A stretch of 64,000 nucleotides of DNA from Fimicolochytrium jonesii. Taxonomy: Eukaryota. Both the position numbers and the translations under genes were made by a program. Shown here in pieces: positions 27,172 to 40,931 of the stretch (position 1 is its first letter; each line of letters begins with the position of its first letter). The notes beneath the pieces are model-generated. The model ran no database searches. It was not told where the DNA came from and worked only from the letters and a program-made list of their open reading frames with translations. Location of the stretch: assembly GCF_025526975.1 (NCBI RefSeq), contig NW_026515669.1, forward strand, positions 1,550,001 through 1,614,000, given 5' to 3'.

Positions 27172-28228
27172 CCTTCCCTTATTTATCCACGTTTCGGTGT
27201 ATTTGAATTCGTATTACTTTTGAAGCTGGACTACGTTTAGAGACGGTATTAAGTGTGCGCTGGCCGAGAGTGTTATTCAGCACTGAGATAGAATTGGCTT
27301 AACGCAAGGACGAGGTATACGAGAATGCGAGAGCAATTGTGTTAGACTTTTCCTGTAGGAAGGGTAAGGGGTTGGGGTTGGGGCGCGGGGGGCGTGCATG
27401 CTGTACTTATGTACATGGATATATTTCCGGGGGAGGGGATCGGTACCGTGCCTTTCTGTTTGTCCACGGCTACCCTCCGATGAAGGTCCGAGCCGAGAAA
27501 AGTATGATGTACGCGTGGATCGACCATGAGGCACAATGGAGCGGCAGCCGGAGGTCTCGGGGAGTGAGCGCGCCGAGACGTCCAAAGGCATATGGTTTGG
27601 CGTATCGTGAATATCCGCCGCATTTCTTTGAACGTTTTGGGCAATGAGGATCTCGATTTTGATTAGGGGTCCTGATTCGGAGGTGCGCTTCCGAGTTACA
27701 TTTTGCGATTCCATTCCCTCCTCAATGCTCCTCGGATGCTGAAGAATGGGTTCCTTGGTCCGGAGTCCCGCGTCACTCTTTCCGGTTACTAATGGTCATA
27801 TGGATCGAGAAGCGTATGGCCAGTGAACAAGTCGGAGCTCAAAAATGATCTGCAAAGGATCTACTTGCATGACGTCATAAAGTCAAGGGAAGCACATTTA
27901 CCGGAGAACCGGAGACAAGATCCGCGGTACAGTACAGAAATTTACGCCATGGGAACAAGGGGGGCATTACTGCCGCATTGCGGCCCGAAAGAAATGAACA
28001 ATCGAACGATACTCGGCGCTGTGGCAAGAACGCAAATATCCCGGGTCTGATGAACGTTAAAATGTGGATCCCGGACTCGCTACGTACGACGGACATGAGG
28101 GGCAAAACCCAAAAGATTCCCGCGATATCTGTCGCCATGCATGCACTGGTAAGGGACTTCAAAGGAAAGAAATGCAATATAGACTCCAACAAAGAGAAAT
28201 CTGGACCAACGTCGGCCCCCCCTTTATG

Positions 28229-28273
28229 TATACATGTCTCCCTTATACATGTCTCCCATATACATGTCTCCCT
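28229..28273. repeat. 3 x 15-bp tandem repeat TATACATGTCTCCC(T/A)
   Basis: Three direct copies start at 28229, 28244 and 28259, in a divergent intergenic region. Confidence 0.9.
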
Positions 28274-28720
28274 GATGGACCTGCCCCATCTCACCAAAGC
28301 GAAGAAGGTTGTCTGGGGCAGAAGGTTGTCGGGGTTGTCGGGGGCGGTGTCTTAGATGTCGTCATTATCCAAAAACTGATATCCGGGTACTTTCCGGCCT
28401 GCGTAATAGTCATTATCACAGAGATGTGTCACGTGACGAGGAACTGACGGCGCCGTCAAATATGTTCTGGAACCCGATTGACGATACGATCACGGCCTTC
28501 GACGGAAAGCGAAAGCCCATTAAGCTCAATCTTACACGACCCACACAGGGCGAAGGGTCGCGTATTCAAGATGCAACTCGGTTCAGAGGGCCATCGGGGA
28601 GGAAGGGAAAGGGGGGGGGTTTTGGTCTAGCTTATCTACCAGCGTGTCCCTTGCAGTTCAGCAGAGGACAATACTTTGTCAAAGTCGAATGTCCACCGTT
28701 GCTAGCAATCGCCTCCCAAG

Positions 28721-31700
28721 ATGGCTGCAATCTTCCACTTCCTCTGCGTGCTCTTGACCGCTGGAGCTGTGGTAGCTGCGGGCTCGCAGTTCAACCTGAC
28801 CATTCTCACCACTTCCTCGACTGCGGCGGAGGTCACGCAGCTGCCTTCCGGTCGAACATATGGAGGGTACGCCACACTTCAGACGGCCCTTTCGAAAGCC
28901 AGGGTATGTGCGGCTTGCAGTGTCCCTTCGCTGAGCTGCGCACCCTAACTCCCACAGCAGGTCAATCTCGCCAGCACATCGACACCGACTTTGGCCATCC
29001 ACGGCTTATCTGCGCTGGGGATGTACTCGTTTTCTCAGTACTACAAAGGTCCGTTCCCTGAAGATTTTTGGACCTAAGCCCACGTCTCAATGGTCTGGGC
29101 ACTTCTGTAGGCAAGAAAGAAGCCACGTACTTGAGCAGACTCGGATTCCAGTATACTACATTTGGAAGTAGAGATTTGTTCCATGGAACGGAGGTCTATG
29201 CAAACAACTTCCTCAACAACACGTCAGTTGCATGCATCTCATCAAACACATGGATCTCCAAATCCTCGGCATTGTCCAACCTTTGTCAGCGCTACAAGGT
29301 CACCACATTGACCGATGCAAACACGCAGACGACCTTCAAAGCCGCCATCGTCTCGTATGTGGTCACAGACTTCTGTAGTTTCACATTTTGCGCCGAGTCA
29401 GCATCCTCGCCTGCTCAAGTCAAGGTGTTGGACATAATACCCGAAATGACGGCGTTCATACAGCAACTGCAGTTTCAGGAGAACCCGGATGTCGTTATAG
29501 CGATGTCGAGTGGGTTAGATCTCAATGGGGACCTTGCTATTGCGTCCGCGGTGCCTGGAATAGATGTGATCATCACGAGCGACGATAAGACAGTGAGCTC
29601 GAAGAGTTTCCCGATAGCTGCTACTGGAGCTGAAGGTGAGAATCTGGATCTGATATCTTCTTTGCGCGTTGAAATTGAACGTAAACATGGCGTGCAATAG
29701 GCGGACCCGTCCTCATAGTAGCTGACATGACACCCGAAGGCGTACGCGGCCTAGCCCGGGTGGATCTGCAGTGGAGGAACGGTTCCTTGGCCGCATGGTC
29801 TGGCACCCGGGACCCGTTGAATTCCTGCCAAGGCGATCCGTCTCCTTTGGCAACATGCATTCCGCCCGATGCGGCGTTCGTATCTGACATTGTTGCGGAT
29901 TATGTGGAAGTCGATAAGGCGTTGGAAGTCGTTATTGGAAGCACAACGGCGCTGTTGAATGGCGCCCAACTTCCGAATCACCCTTGCAGGAGGAGCGACT
30001 GCACTGCTGGGAGCGTTGTCTGCGATTCCATGTTGTGGGTGACCGACGGTCAGTGCGATGCTGCGATACTCAATGGCGGGAGTATCCGGGATTCACTTCC
30101 TGCTGGTAATGTGACCATGAAGAACATCATGGGGATGTTACCAAACCACAATACCATCTCGGTGACTCGTTTGAGGTATTTATTGCTTTGCCGCGAGTTA
30201 GTTCATACGAGTGGCGGTCACATGCTGAGCTTTTCGCAGAGGAATAGACGTCTTGGATGCATTATCCAGTGGTTTGAGCAAAGTCTTCCCACAGGGGAGT
30301 GCTGGTCGCTTTCCCCAAGTGGGTAATATCCATTATACCTACAATGTCAACAACAAGCCGGATGCACTTCGCCTAGTGTCCGCACAAATCTTCAATCGCA
30401 CCCAGGGAACGTATGTCGACATTGATCCCAATGCGATATACAATATCTGTGTGAATGACTACATGCTGAATGGCGGAGATGGGTATTCGATGTTGCTGAC
30501 CAATGCTTTGAGCACCTTCTCTCAAGGCACACAGTTGGATGTCGCCCTCAGGTCCTATATGGCGGTAAGTTTTGGGAGGGCAGGAAGTGTGGGTCATGCT
30601 CTAATGATGTGGATTGTGCAGGCCCAGTCTCCCATATCTCCTCCGGCTGGTCAACGTATCCTTGACCTTTCCACGACGAGCCCATCCTCCCCTCCGCTCT
30701 TGGGGTCTTGCAAATTTGCGACATCTGTGACCAACGCTTCAAGCATCCTTTTGGACCCTTGTGATGGAGGTTTGTAATATGGCTCTGCTGCCTTAAACGC
30801 AAATATTGAGAACTCATTGCTGCACCTTCATCAGGATCCCGTTTCCGGACGAATGTCTCCTGGACAATCACGCCGACTATAACCTCCCTGCGCTCCATCA
30901 ATCTGTCATTCGGAAACTTTACGATGGATCCAACCACGGACGTCCTGTATCTATACAATCCGGCGACCAACCAGCTCCTGCAAGTGCGCTCACCCGCCGA
31001 CAACGTCTCCATGGTCCCAGCGAACTACACATCTCTGCCGTCATCAGTTGGCATCCCAAATGTAGTGTCTGTAGGCGTGCGATTCGTTGCAAATCGCCCG
31101 CTTACCGGCAGCGGGGTGAAGCTCAGCTACGCCGCTCATGACGGCTGTCCCGGAGGATACATTCTTGACAACGGCAATTGCGTCGGTTGCCCAGCGGGAA
31201 CATACGCCGGGCTCCTCGATGTTCAATGCACTGCGTGTCCGGCTGGGAGCGTTACGACCACTAGCGGGCTGGAAACGTGTGCTGTTTGCCAAGAAGGGAC
31301 TTTCAGTGACGCGGCAGGGAGAACGCAATGCCAGACGTGCGACAGGGGCCGGATATGGATTTCGTCGACGCAGTGTCAATGTGCTGCTGGCACCTTTTTC
31401 AATGATTTTACCTGTCTGCGTAAGTCTATTCCGTCTTCTCGTGAATCTGGGTCCCTGCTCATATGCTGACTGGTTGGTCGCCGATACGACAGCGATTGGG
31501 TCAGGCTCGTCCCAAACCGGGCAGATTATCGGAATAGCTCTTGGTCTGATTGTACTAGGTGCCGGTATTGGATTTTATGTCTACAGGTATGGCTACTCTT
31601 GCGGTTTTCATTTCCTTCGTTCTGCGCCAACCCTGCGTTGTACCCCAGGCGACGTATGGCGGCCATCAAACGGAGACAGATGGGAACGTCGAAACAGAAA

Positions 31701-32762
31701 GCGTAAGACTATCTCGATGCCATAATTTCTATGTTCTGATAAAAAGCTGAACTTTTATGGTAGGCTGAAGGCTGATGTTGCCATGAAGCGCCTGGTGCAC
31801 GATATCGTCTTGTCCGTGATGCAGATTGGAATGGACGCAGGAGAATGTGCGCTGGATTGGTATGTTTTGACCTCGACGTTGTATTGGGAGCTTCAATCTC
31901 CCGGTCACTTATAAAGTACGCTACAGGCGCGCGTTTCTCAGTGTTCCCGAAGATGAAGGAACCAGACTGTTCTTCATTGTCGGATGTATCTTCCAGAGTT
32001 TGTAAGATCACTATGGTACTCACCTTTCCTCTCGCATCTGAACTGATTGTCTCATCCGCATAGGATCACACTTCTGTCCGCCGCGCTACGAATCTACAAC
32101 ATCCAGCGCCTCTTCCGGACGCGTTCTTCTGGGATCAAGCTGATAGCAGCCGGCGCGCGGACCACATCCGTCGAAGCATTGAAGCGCATCCAGGACGCTG
32201 AGAACGACCCTGATCTGCAGCTGTCGCTTCTTTCACTGAACAGTTTGCGCCAAAAAGTGATTATAACCATCGCGGTCGCTGCTCCGGGCATGGTGAAGAG
32301 TGCGATGATGCTGCTCGTCAGTATTGTGGTAGCGAAACATCAAGGGAGCGGTAAGGTGTCTTGCCTCATTTCCCTACTTTTCAATAGTGCGTGTATCTTG
32401 ACCTTTTGAACTCCATAGGCCTCACCCTTTTGCTCGCGTTTGGCTTCAGTTGCCTCGTGTTTGCCATCAACTTGCAAGAAACGTTAGGATGGTTTCACCT
32501 TCGGGATACATACAGGAAAGAGAAACAAGCAGCCGACACCAAATTGGCCAGTCTAGGACTTCGAAGGCCAGACGGGTATCATCACCGCACGCAGACCGAG
32601 AAAGATGCGGTCGACTACTCGGATGAAGAATCTAAGGCTGGGGGCGGCGGAAAACGCAGAGAAATCGAGGCCCCGGGAGGGGAGACCCCCTCGCCGGTAG
32701 ACGGGGTTGCGACTGAAAAACATATAGCATCCCATGCATTGGAAGACGAAGAGAACCCATAG
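28721..32762 (+). CDS. Receptor-like membrane protein: signal peptide, degenerate 5'-nucleotidase (both domains), CUB-like, Cys-rich repeats, multi-TM; many exons
   Basis: 5'-NT C-domain motifs NGGSIR, GRFPQV and NDYMLNGGDGY. CUB-like VSWTIT..INLSFGNF..DVLYLY..VRFVAN..GVKLSY. CPAGTY/CPAGS/CQEGTFS repeats. TM IIGIALGLIVLGAGIGFYVY plus further hydrophobic exons up to stop 32762. Exon chaining was done manually. Confidence 0.78.
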
Positions 32763-33661
32763 AGAGATTGACGTCTAATTCCATCGCATTTGACTTTACT
32801 CGTTGATGCTCGTTCCCTCGAAACTTCATACCCGGAAACGAGTGTGTTTGAGACTTTGAGTCGGTGAGAATTTGACGCGTTTTATTTGATATTTTTGCCG
32901 GTTCGCCGCTTCTTATATCGCCCACCAGCCGCACCGGCTTCCGTGGGCGTCCCGCTGGTGGGCATGCAGGTTACTCAGAACATGCACGACTGGTAGTCTA
33001 GTATATATTTAGAAAGGGAGGGGCTACGGCATCCCCGGTTACATACCTACAAGTTCAGTTCCCCTGCCCGTCAGCATCAACCTCATAATGTTGGAATGGA
33101 AACTAGGCAGAAGGGCTTTCTCGCGAGGGGAGTTCAAAGGTACTGCAATTGTATTGAGGGGGTGTGATTGTTGTGGGCAAGTATCGCTGAAAGGTTATAC
33201 TTCATCTATCAATTTATAGGAGGGGAATGGTCGTCCTCGCTTCAGGGCCGCATGGACCGAGAGACTCTCAAGGCTAGAATACAGTACTTGAACTCAACCG
33301 CCGGTAAGTCCCCATCCCTTGTACAGTATTGCGAGCGAAGCGAGCAGAGAGGTGCCACCAGAGAAGAGAGCAGCAAAATTGAGAACGACTCATAGCACCG
33401 CTGGCGAGTTGCAGGCAATGTCTGCTTGCAGCGTGCCCTGATCTATTGCGAGCAAACTGCGAGCATCGCATGTGTCGGACGACGATTTCTTGTATCTTCG
33501 TAATCGATGCAATGATGATGGTGATGCCACTTTCTTCATAGTATACCTAATCGGCTGTCTTATTTCTGCATACAGGCAAAAAGGTTCCAGCCAACATTTG
33601 GTACTCCCTCCCTCCCCTAGTTATCTTCATCATATGGATTTCTGTCATCTTTGGCGTCGTA

Positions 33662-35217
33662 ATGAAGGGAAAGAGCTGCTTCGACAACAATTCTCAACCA
33701 TCGTCCGATTTCACCTTGCCGTCCGACAGCAAGCCTTCTGCGTCTGCCGCCTTCCTCCCGGCGTTCCCGTCCGTGGTACCTATGAGTACGCCCGCTGCTG
33801 CTGCCAGAACGACTACCGTACTTGTGTCCGTGACGGGCTCGGCATCTGTGCCGCTTGCAAACGCCACGCCAGCACCTGCCACACTATCGCCTGCCACCAA
33901 CACCAGTCCCAACTTGCCACCCGCGGACAGCCCTGCCCCCAGCAGCAGCAGCAATGGCGGCGGAAGCACCAGTGGCGGTGGCTCTTCGTCTCCGCCGTCA
34001 TCCTCCGGGCAAAAAGATATAACTGCATGTACATTCGCTTGTCCGAAGCCTCCGTTCGGTCAGTGCACGCAGCCCGTTAGTTCAGACGCTTATTGGGCCT
34101 GCCGCCAAGAAATTTCAAAGCCCTGGAACGACTGCGTCGAGAGGTGTTATGGCAGGACACCATCCAAGCGTCGCAGCCTCCACCGACGAGACTCGTGTAC
34201 GAGTTCAACACCTTTCAACGGGTAAGTCATGAGGGCTTGGGTTCGTTTGGCAGGCGGTGCTGGAGGGGCCGATTACAGTGAGAATAAACGACGAGCATTC
34301 GCATTTTTCGCGGCCGAAGACTCGCGACTTGCGCCATAGGCGCAAGGACCTGATCGCGAGCAATATCCTGCGGTCAACTCTCCAACTATGTGCCGGCGTT
34401 ATCTCATCGTTCTGTTTTCTGTTCTCGTCATTCATTAGCTTCCTCGTTCCCATCATCATCGTATTTGTCGCGTTCATTGTCGCCGGGGTGGTCATCTACT
34501 TTATGCGACAGAACGATTTGACGAACGCCAGAAAGGCAACAAGGAAAGCTCTGGAAGTCCTGAACGGTCAGGATAATCCCCGCGGTCTATTCTGGAGGTA
34601 CAACGAGATGAAGAGGACGACGACGACATACCAAGGGGGTCGACGTACAGGCCAAACGAAGGAATACTTTCCGGTAAGATACTTGATTGCACCCACACCA
34701 CCTGTTTTGGTTCGCCTCGCTAATTAAGCTCTCATTCCCTATATCGCAGATGGCGGAACTGGAAGTCATGCCCATCCCGTCCTTTTCGCTCTCTGGTATG
34801 GACGACGCAGTGTTTACGCCGCCGATGGCGTCCATGTCGCCTCGTGTTGGAACGGTGTCACAGAGCGAGTTCGCCGCGCCCTATGCGTACCAGCAGGCCC
34901 CGTTGACGGGAACGTCCATGGCGCCGCGTACGCAACCGGCGGCAGCCTTCGCGGCCCCAGCACGCCCGGCCTCATCGGCTATATCCATGTCGTCCGTCCC
35001 GGGACCCTCGCGTCTGCCTCCAACAAGTACAAGACAGTACCTGACTTCCTCACCGTCCGCCAATGAAAGGGAAAGCCACGGATCGTCCGCGAACCCGTTT
35101 ACGGACGACGCAAACCTCGCGGATGAATACGACCCAGAAGCCCCGCCGCCCGCTTACGACTCATTCTCTCGCCCGTCGAGACCCGCTCAACAGTCGTCGA
35201 AAAGGGGAAAGTTTTAG
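33662..35217 (+). CDS. Hypothetical single-pass membrane protein (Ser/Thr/Pro stalk, Cys motif, TM, C-terminal PPxY); 5' exons upstream unresolved
   Basis: Three ORF pieces joined by GT-AG introns (about 34223-34438 and 34674-34749). TM FLVPIIIVFVAFIVAGVVIYF; tail APPPAYDSF. Confidence 0.6.
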
Positions 35218-35863
35218 GAAGCGAGACTTTCAGACCGGTAAATGCTGGTGCCGCTGGTCCGGTCCCGACATGTCTGGGTTTCTGATTTGCATTTAGCCAT
35301 ACATCGGCGTTTTGTGTTTTTGCCCCTCCGTCTTCTCAGGGGGCATCATTCATACATAGTTTGGAACATCGTGCACGATTGTTAGTAGATAGTTTGATGC
35401 GTATGTAGATATGGTACATTCCTGGGGTTGGAATACGGCGTAGACGTGAATGCCTCTTGTTTGCAATGATATACCAACACTTGCAAATTGCAGTTCGGCC
35501 AGCGAAACTGTGCTTCGGAAAATATCATGGGCCAGGACGGACAGATGGTTCTGATGTCCGAATCCACATGCTAATCTCATCACTTCTTCCACAGTCTAAC
35601 GTCCAGCCCGTAAGAAATTTCATCGACGCATGATAAGGCACCAATTCAAAGGAAACATTTCAAGTCGTTTTTGCTTTTGCTTTTATTGCTTTAATTACAG
35701 GGTAGGGGTAGCACGCCGACGGGTAACAAGTGGGAGCACGGCACACGCGCAAGGAGGGGGTTGAATTCGTGTTTCCAAAATTGCGTTTGTGCGGCTATGA
35801 GGATGAGGGATGATAGGAATTGATTTGTGTCTGGTGGGGAAGCGATGTTCGCGGATAAGCAGC

Positions 35864-36250
35864 TCATGCGGAACCCTCCAACTTCCTCCTCTCCTCCTCG
35901 GCGGCGACAATGTCGGCATCCTTTCCTTGGTTGAAGGTGGCCTTGATTTCTGCAATCGTTGATGGATCGTCAATGTCCGTAAAAACTTACGTAGGCGGAA
36001 GTACTATTGACAGGTCCACCCTGACCATAAACACCTCCCGTCTGTGAAAACAAGCGATATCCGGAAACTCACCAGGCTTCTTCTTTTCCCATTCAGCCTC
36101 AATCTCCTCCTTTGCGTTCTGGGCAGCCAGCTTGGCGGCGGAACCGGCGTGGGTGGCGGCGTTTCCGGCCAGCTGGGCAGCAGCGTTGGCCTCAGCTTGA
36201 GCGGTGTCGAGCTCAGCGTTGGCGACGTTCTTCTTTGCTTGGGAGGCCAT
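35864..36250 (-). CDS. Small Ala-rich hydrophilin/LEA-like protein, 3 exons
   Basis: MASQAKKNVANAELDTAQAEANAAAQ...; donors GTGAGT and GTAAGT; last exon ...DIVAAEEERRKLEGSA*. TATAAAA at about 36365-36371. Confidence 0.6.
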
Positions 36251-37513
36251 TTTTGATTTTGTTTGGGGTGTAATGAGGACGGTGGGTTTCAGAAAAAGGG
36301 TTTGCGTTTTGTGGGGTTGCTGTTTTCGTTTCTGTTCTGAACAGGGAAGTTGGGAGGGCCTGCCTTTTATAAAGAGCTCCTGAGCTCGCAGCCCTCCAGG
36401 ACTGAATACGTCATGCCAATTTCACAGACGCGCCTGTCACGATCTCACAAGCCCTCCGCAACCTTGCGCGAGACAAGACAATAGGCGTGACGTATGATGA
36501 ATCTCGGCCCTTCTCTCCTTTCCACCAAGCCCCCGCTGTCCCAGAACCCAGACAGACCCAAGCCCTCCCGGACTCCCGAATCGGCTCTTACTCAGCCCTC
36601 CCCCGCCGATCGTCGTCCTTTCGGAGTCTCCACGTATGCCCAAGGCCCATGACTTGCAAGTTGACAAGGCCTGCATTTCGCCATTTGAAGTTCTAGATCT
36701 AAGCTCAAAACGGGAGGCGAAAGGATTCCAAATCATCGCAAAGGCGCTCCGTTTTTGGCATGGTGCGGATGTTGAGAAGAGCCGACAGGCCATGCACGCG
36801 AGCAAAAGCTAGCACAGACTTCACCGACTAACTTCCTCATGCATTCAGGTACTTAGTTCTCAGAGGTTTCCTGGCGAGGAAGCGAACGCCCAGCTGGTAG
36901 CGAGTAGGCGACGGCTGAGAATGTTCCGTTGCTGGCGAGTGTTGCCTCTCGCCGACCCGTTGTGAATGAGTCTTGCTCCATGTCCAATGCGGCCAGAGTG
37001 TGGGGGTTAGGGTTAGGATGAAATAGCTGTTTGGCTTAAATAACCGCGCGTAACAAGAACCGTGGCATGACAAGCCTGCAGCCAATCAGCGACGCGACAA
37101 TTTGGAAACGGGACGTGAGCAGATGCGCGCCCTGCGGGTTGCTGCACTTCGGCCGGTGGGGAGAACGGGTGAAGAGTCTCGACTCTCGAGACCCATAGTA
37201 GACACAAGCCGACATGGCAAGAGCGGCCCACACCGCATGAGATACTGTACTCTAAAAGTCACAAGGATATCCAGGGTCGGAGTAGATAAGGAGGACAGGG
37301 CGGGCCTTGGCACCACTTCCGCTTTCGTGCAATTCAAGAACATTTCTGTGTAAAAACTTCCTCACCAAAAGGTTCCCGCAATTGGCCAGGATATCGCCAA
37401 GTGGATACTAGATAGATACGAAGAGGAGTTGCAGTCGAAACCCAGACAGTAGAACACACGGGCGAGGCCGTCGTCGAGCAGTTCAACAACGTCGAACAGG
37501 GAGTCCAAAGGTC

Positions 37514-40500
37514 ATGAGTCCCACGCAGTCAGCGGAACCCGACTTGGACCCGTACTTGGCGGGTTTTCAAGCCGCAGCCCGCACCCTATTCGCAGAGCAG
37601 GATGCTCGTACTCGACAGCTCCTGCAGGAGCAAGAGGAGCGCTATGAGCGGAAGATCCATGTCATGCTGCAGCAGAACACCCAGCCGGTCTATGTTGCGA
37701 ACCCGCATATGTCTGGCGCTATGTTCCCGCAGCTCGGACCTCCCGGCCAGCAACTTCAACCCCACCAGCAGCTTGCACCACAGCTTGGTGGATTTCAACC
37801 ACAGCTGGTTCTCCCGCCGAATCAGCTAGCTAATCAACATACGCTGTTGACGAACACATCTGTACCGTCCAGCTTATCGCCATATGGATTCCCAGCCGCA
37901 TCTCCGATGGATTCCCACGACCCTTTCGCCACTTATACCACCATCCCCGGGACTACCAATCATTCCACCCTTTCAGCGCCAGCGTTCTCCTACCTCGACA
38001 CGCTGAATCTCGACACGGACTTCAATATGCTCACTGAACAGATATTGGACGCCTCGGGCGTGATCCCAATGGATCTTCACACACCTTCACTAACATCGGT
38101 AGCAGTGAAGTCTGCTGACGGCAAATCAAAGTCGAAAAAGTCCAAGCGTAAGGCGTCAGTGGATAACAGTGTCGGTGGCTCAGTGGAGGGTGCCAGCAAC
38201 GATACCAGCTCCTCGAAGAAAAAGAAGACGAGCAAAGGCGACGACGAAACAAAGACAAAGAGGAAAGCTCGGACGAAGTCCGTATCGAAGGCCGGCGCTG
38301 CCGTCAAATCGCCAACTCTGGCGACCGGTGAGCCCATGACAGAGTCGGCGCCTGCCACAATCAACGGTACACTCAGCTCGGCCCCGGGTTCGGTTGAGCC
38401 CGCAGTGTTCATCGCGGCTAGTGCTGAGAGCACATTAGCGCCTATGCTTCAACCCATTGCGACGTCCGCACTGCCCTTACCGGACGGCAGCGCCTTCGCT
38501 CTCACATCTGCACCAGCATCGATGAGCCCGATGACACTTCCCGCTGGAACCATCCCAGACGCAACACAGAGTCCGGCGATGGTACCCGCCTTCCAGATGG
38601 CGTTCAGTGCGGCACCAACAACGCCTGATTTGACATTGTATTCCGAAGTAGCACCCGACCATGGTCCCGTGTCTGCGCCAGCCGCCACATCCTACGGGCC
38701 ACCGCTGGCGATCTTGCCGGCACTTGCAGATGCCCCGAAAGAGGTCCCTCCGGCAAAGCTGCCCTTACCCCGCCTGGCCAAACCAGTGCAACCACCTCAA
38801 CACTTCCTCGCAGCGCAGATCCTGAAGCACCAGCGGAAAGTAGCCCACAACGCGATCGAGCGTCGATATAGGAACAACATCAACGATCGTATCACCGAAC
38901 TGCGATCAGTCGTTCCCGCATTGAATGGGCCGAAGATTCGGGATGCAAAGGGTTCAAAGAGGAACCGTCCTGAAGACGAAAGCAGCTCCGAAGACGAGGA
39001 CGAAGGCGAACTCATCGACGGTGTTCCCGCTGCTAAGAAGCTCAACAAAGCGACGATCTTGAAGAAGAGCACGGAATACATCTTGCACTTGAAGTCTTCC
39101 AACGACATTGTCCTGGATCAGAACGCAAAGTTCAGGGAAATCATCCGATCTTTAGGCGGAGCTGAGATCCTTCGCCAGTTCGATGCACTCCAGACCCATC
39201 AGCAGCGCGCCAGCATCCAATTCGCTCATCAGCAGCAGCAGAACGACCTTGGCAATCACTCCTCCAACGACGAAAGGACCGCGCCGATCTCATCAGAGAG
39301 CTCAGCCTCTGGCTCTCCATCACCCGAGCCAGCCAGTCCTCGCGACGACGGTCAAAGCTTGAAGATGATGGTTCTCTGCGGCATGTGCGTCGGCATGCTT
39401 TGGGCACCAAGTCCGTTCGCCAACGCCGCGGACCATCACCACGGAATGGCCAAGGTGTTCGGAAACCCCAACACATCGTCAGCCATTGCGAACCTCGGAT
39501 TTGTTGCCGCCTCACTTCCCGTGCTCTACCATGTCGCTCAGATCTTCTTCCTTATCTTTGGCATGTTCCGCGTCTTCCGATGGGCCTCCCCGTCATTGGG
39601 GGCCGGTGTCACTTCTCGCATGGCGAATGCGTCAGCCGAAGCGCACGCACTCGTAAGTGATGCACCGTACGAGGAGCGCTATAAACAGTTGTGCACTGTA
39701 CAAGGCAGGAAACTGGAGCATGCGGGATGGTGGACAGTCATCTTGGAACTGCCAAGGTACTTTGCATCGCAGTACCTACCTGCGCGAAAGACGTCGACCG
39801 GTGTTGCGAAGTTGTCGTTGATCGTTTTGGAAGCTAGTCTTCGAGGTAAGTGATTGATCTGTAAGACACCCATGTCCCGGATTCTTTGCTAACCACCATA
39901 TGCCCGCTATAGAACCGAAATCGTTGCCGCCAGCGCATCGCGTATACCTCGCACTCAACACGTTGAGCCTGGTCAACCGCATACCAGCAAACTCGGCTGA
40001 GCTCGTCTCGTTAGGACACTTCCAGGCAGCCGTCAGTCTGCGCGTCGCCCTCACTACCGTGAAGTCTCCCCTCGCCAGCCGCATTCTGCGTTCCCGCGCC
40101 GCGAAATGGTTCTCGGCCGCGCTGAAAACCGATAACTTCGAATGGGCTAAAGGTGTTGAGAAGGCTGACCTCGTCACGACTTTCGAGAGTGACGCATGGA
40201 TCGACGTTGCGGATCCGGTACGATCTCTGAAGGACGCTGCTGGCAAGCTTCAGATGCGTCAAATTATCTATCAACGCGACGCCATCCAAGCACTGCGTCC
40301 CTTGCCGTCGCCCGGCACATCGGCTGCGCTCACTCTTGTTGAGAAGGTCCTTGGCGCGTCGGCTAGCCGCAAACATCCCGCCTTGGTGGTCATTGCGCTG
40401 TATGCCTCGGGCTCGACGCAGGAAGGCACCAATATCGTCGCTCACCTGATCTCTGAAAACCAGCTGAAAGGCACCGTTGGGCTGGCCCTGTTGACCTACG

Positions 40501-40931
40501 CCGCAACAACCGCGATGGAGTACGACAACGAAGACTATGACGCTGCGAAAGCCGTCGCCGCCCTGAGCAGGCTCGCGGACGGGTTGGCCGTCACCTTATC
40601 CCCAAAATCATCCCGCCTCAACACCGTCACCCTCTCATCGCAGAAAGCCGACGACATGAACAACCTCGCCGAGTTCCTCGCCATCAGCTGGGCCGTGATG
40701 GGCCTCAAACGTTTTGTGGAGCAGAGCAACGCGTCTGTCGCTGTGGGAGCGGATTGGGGTGCATCCGACCCGATCTTTGAGAAGTGCATCAGCCGCTGCG
40801 GGTACAAGCTGAGGACGCTCCTTAGCGCATTGGTGGAGGGTGCGGAAGACTCTGTGCAGGGTAGGGCTACTGCGAAGGAGTTTGTACGGATTTACCAACG
40901 TCTGTTTGATGGGAGCAATGCCCCTTACTAG
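37514..40931 (+). CDS. SRE1: SREBP-family bHLH transcription factor, 2 exons
   Basis: bHLH RKVAHNAIERRYRNNINDRI carries the SREBP-diagnostic Tyr, followed by KLNKATILKK, a zipper, two hydrophobic segments and a C-terminal domain. Intron at about 39846-39911. Confidence 0.88.

Noticed and set aside
15056..35217. Functional gene cluster of membrane and signalling genes
   Set aside because: No shared pathway, shared motif or biosynthetic core gene; it looks like ordinary gene order.
36484..36498. Sterol regulatory element upstream of SREBP
   Set aside because: Only a loose match (ATCATACGTC on the minus strand); not distinguishable from chance.
37004..37018. GGGTTAGGGTTAGG as an interstitial telomere
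   Set aside because: Only about two units; at most a telobox-like promoter motif.
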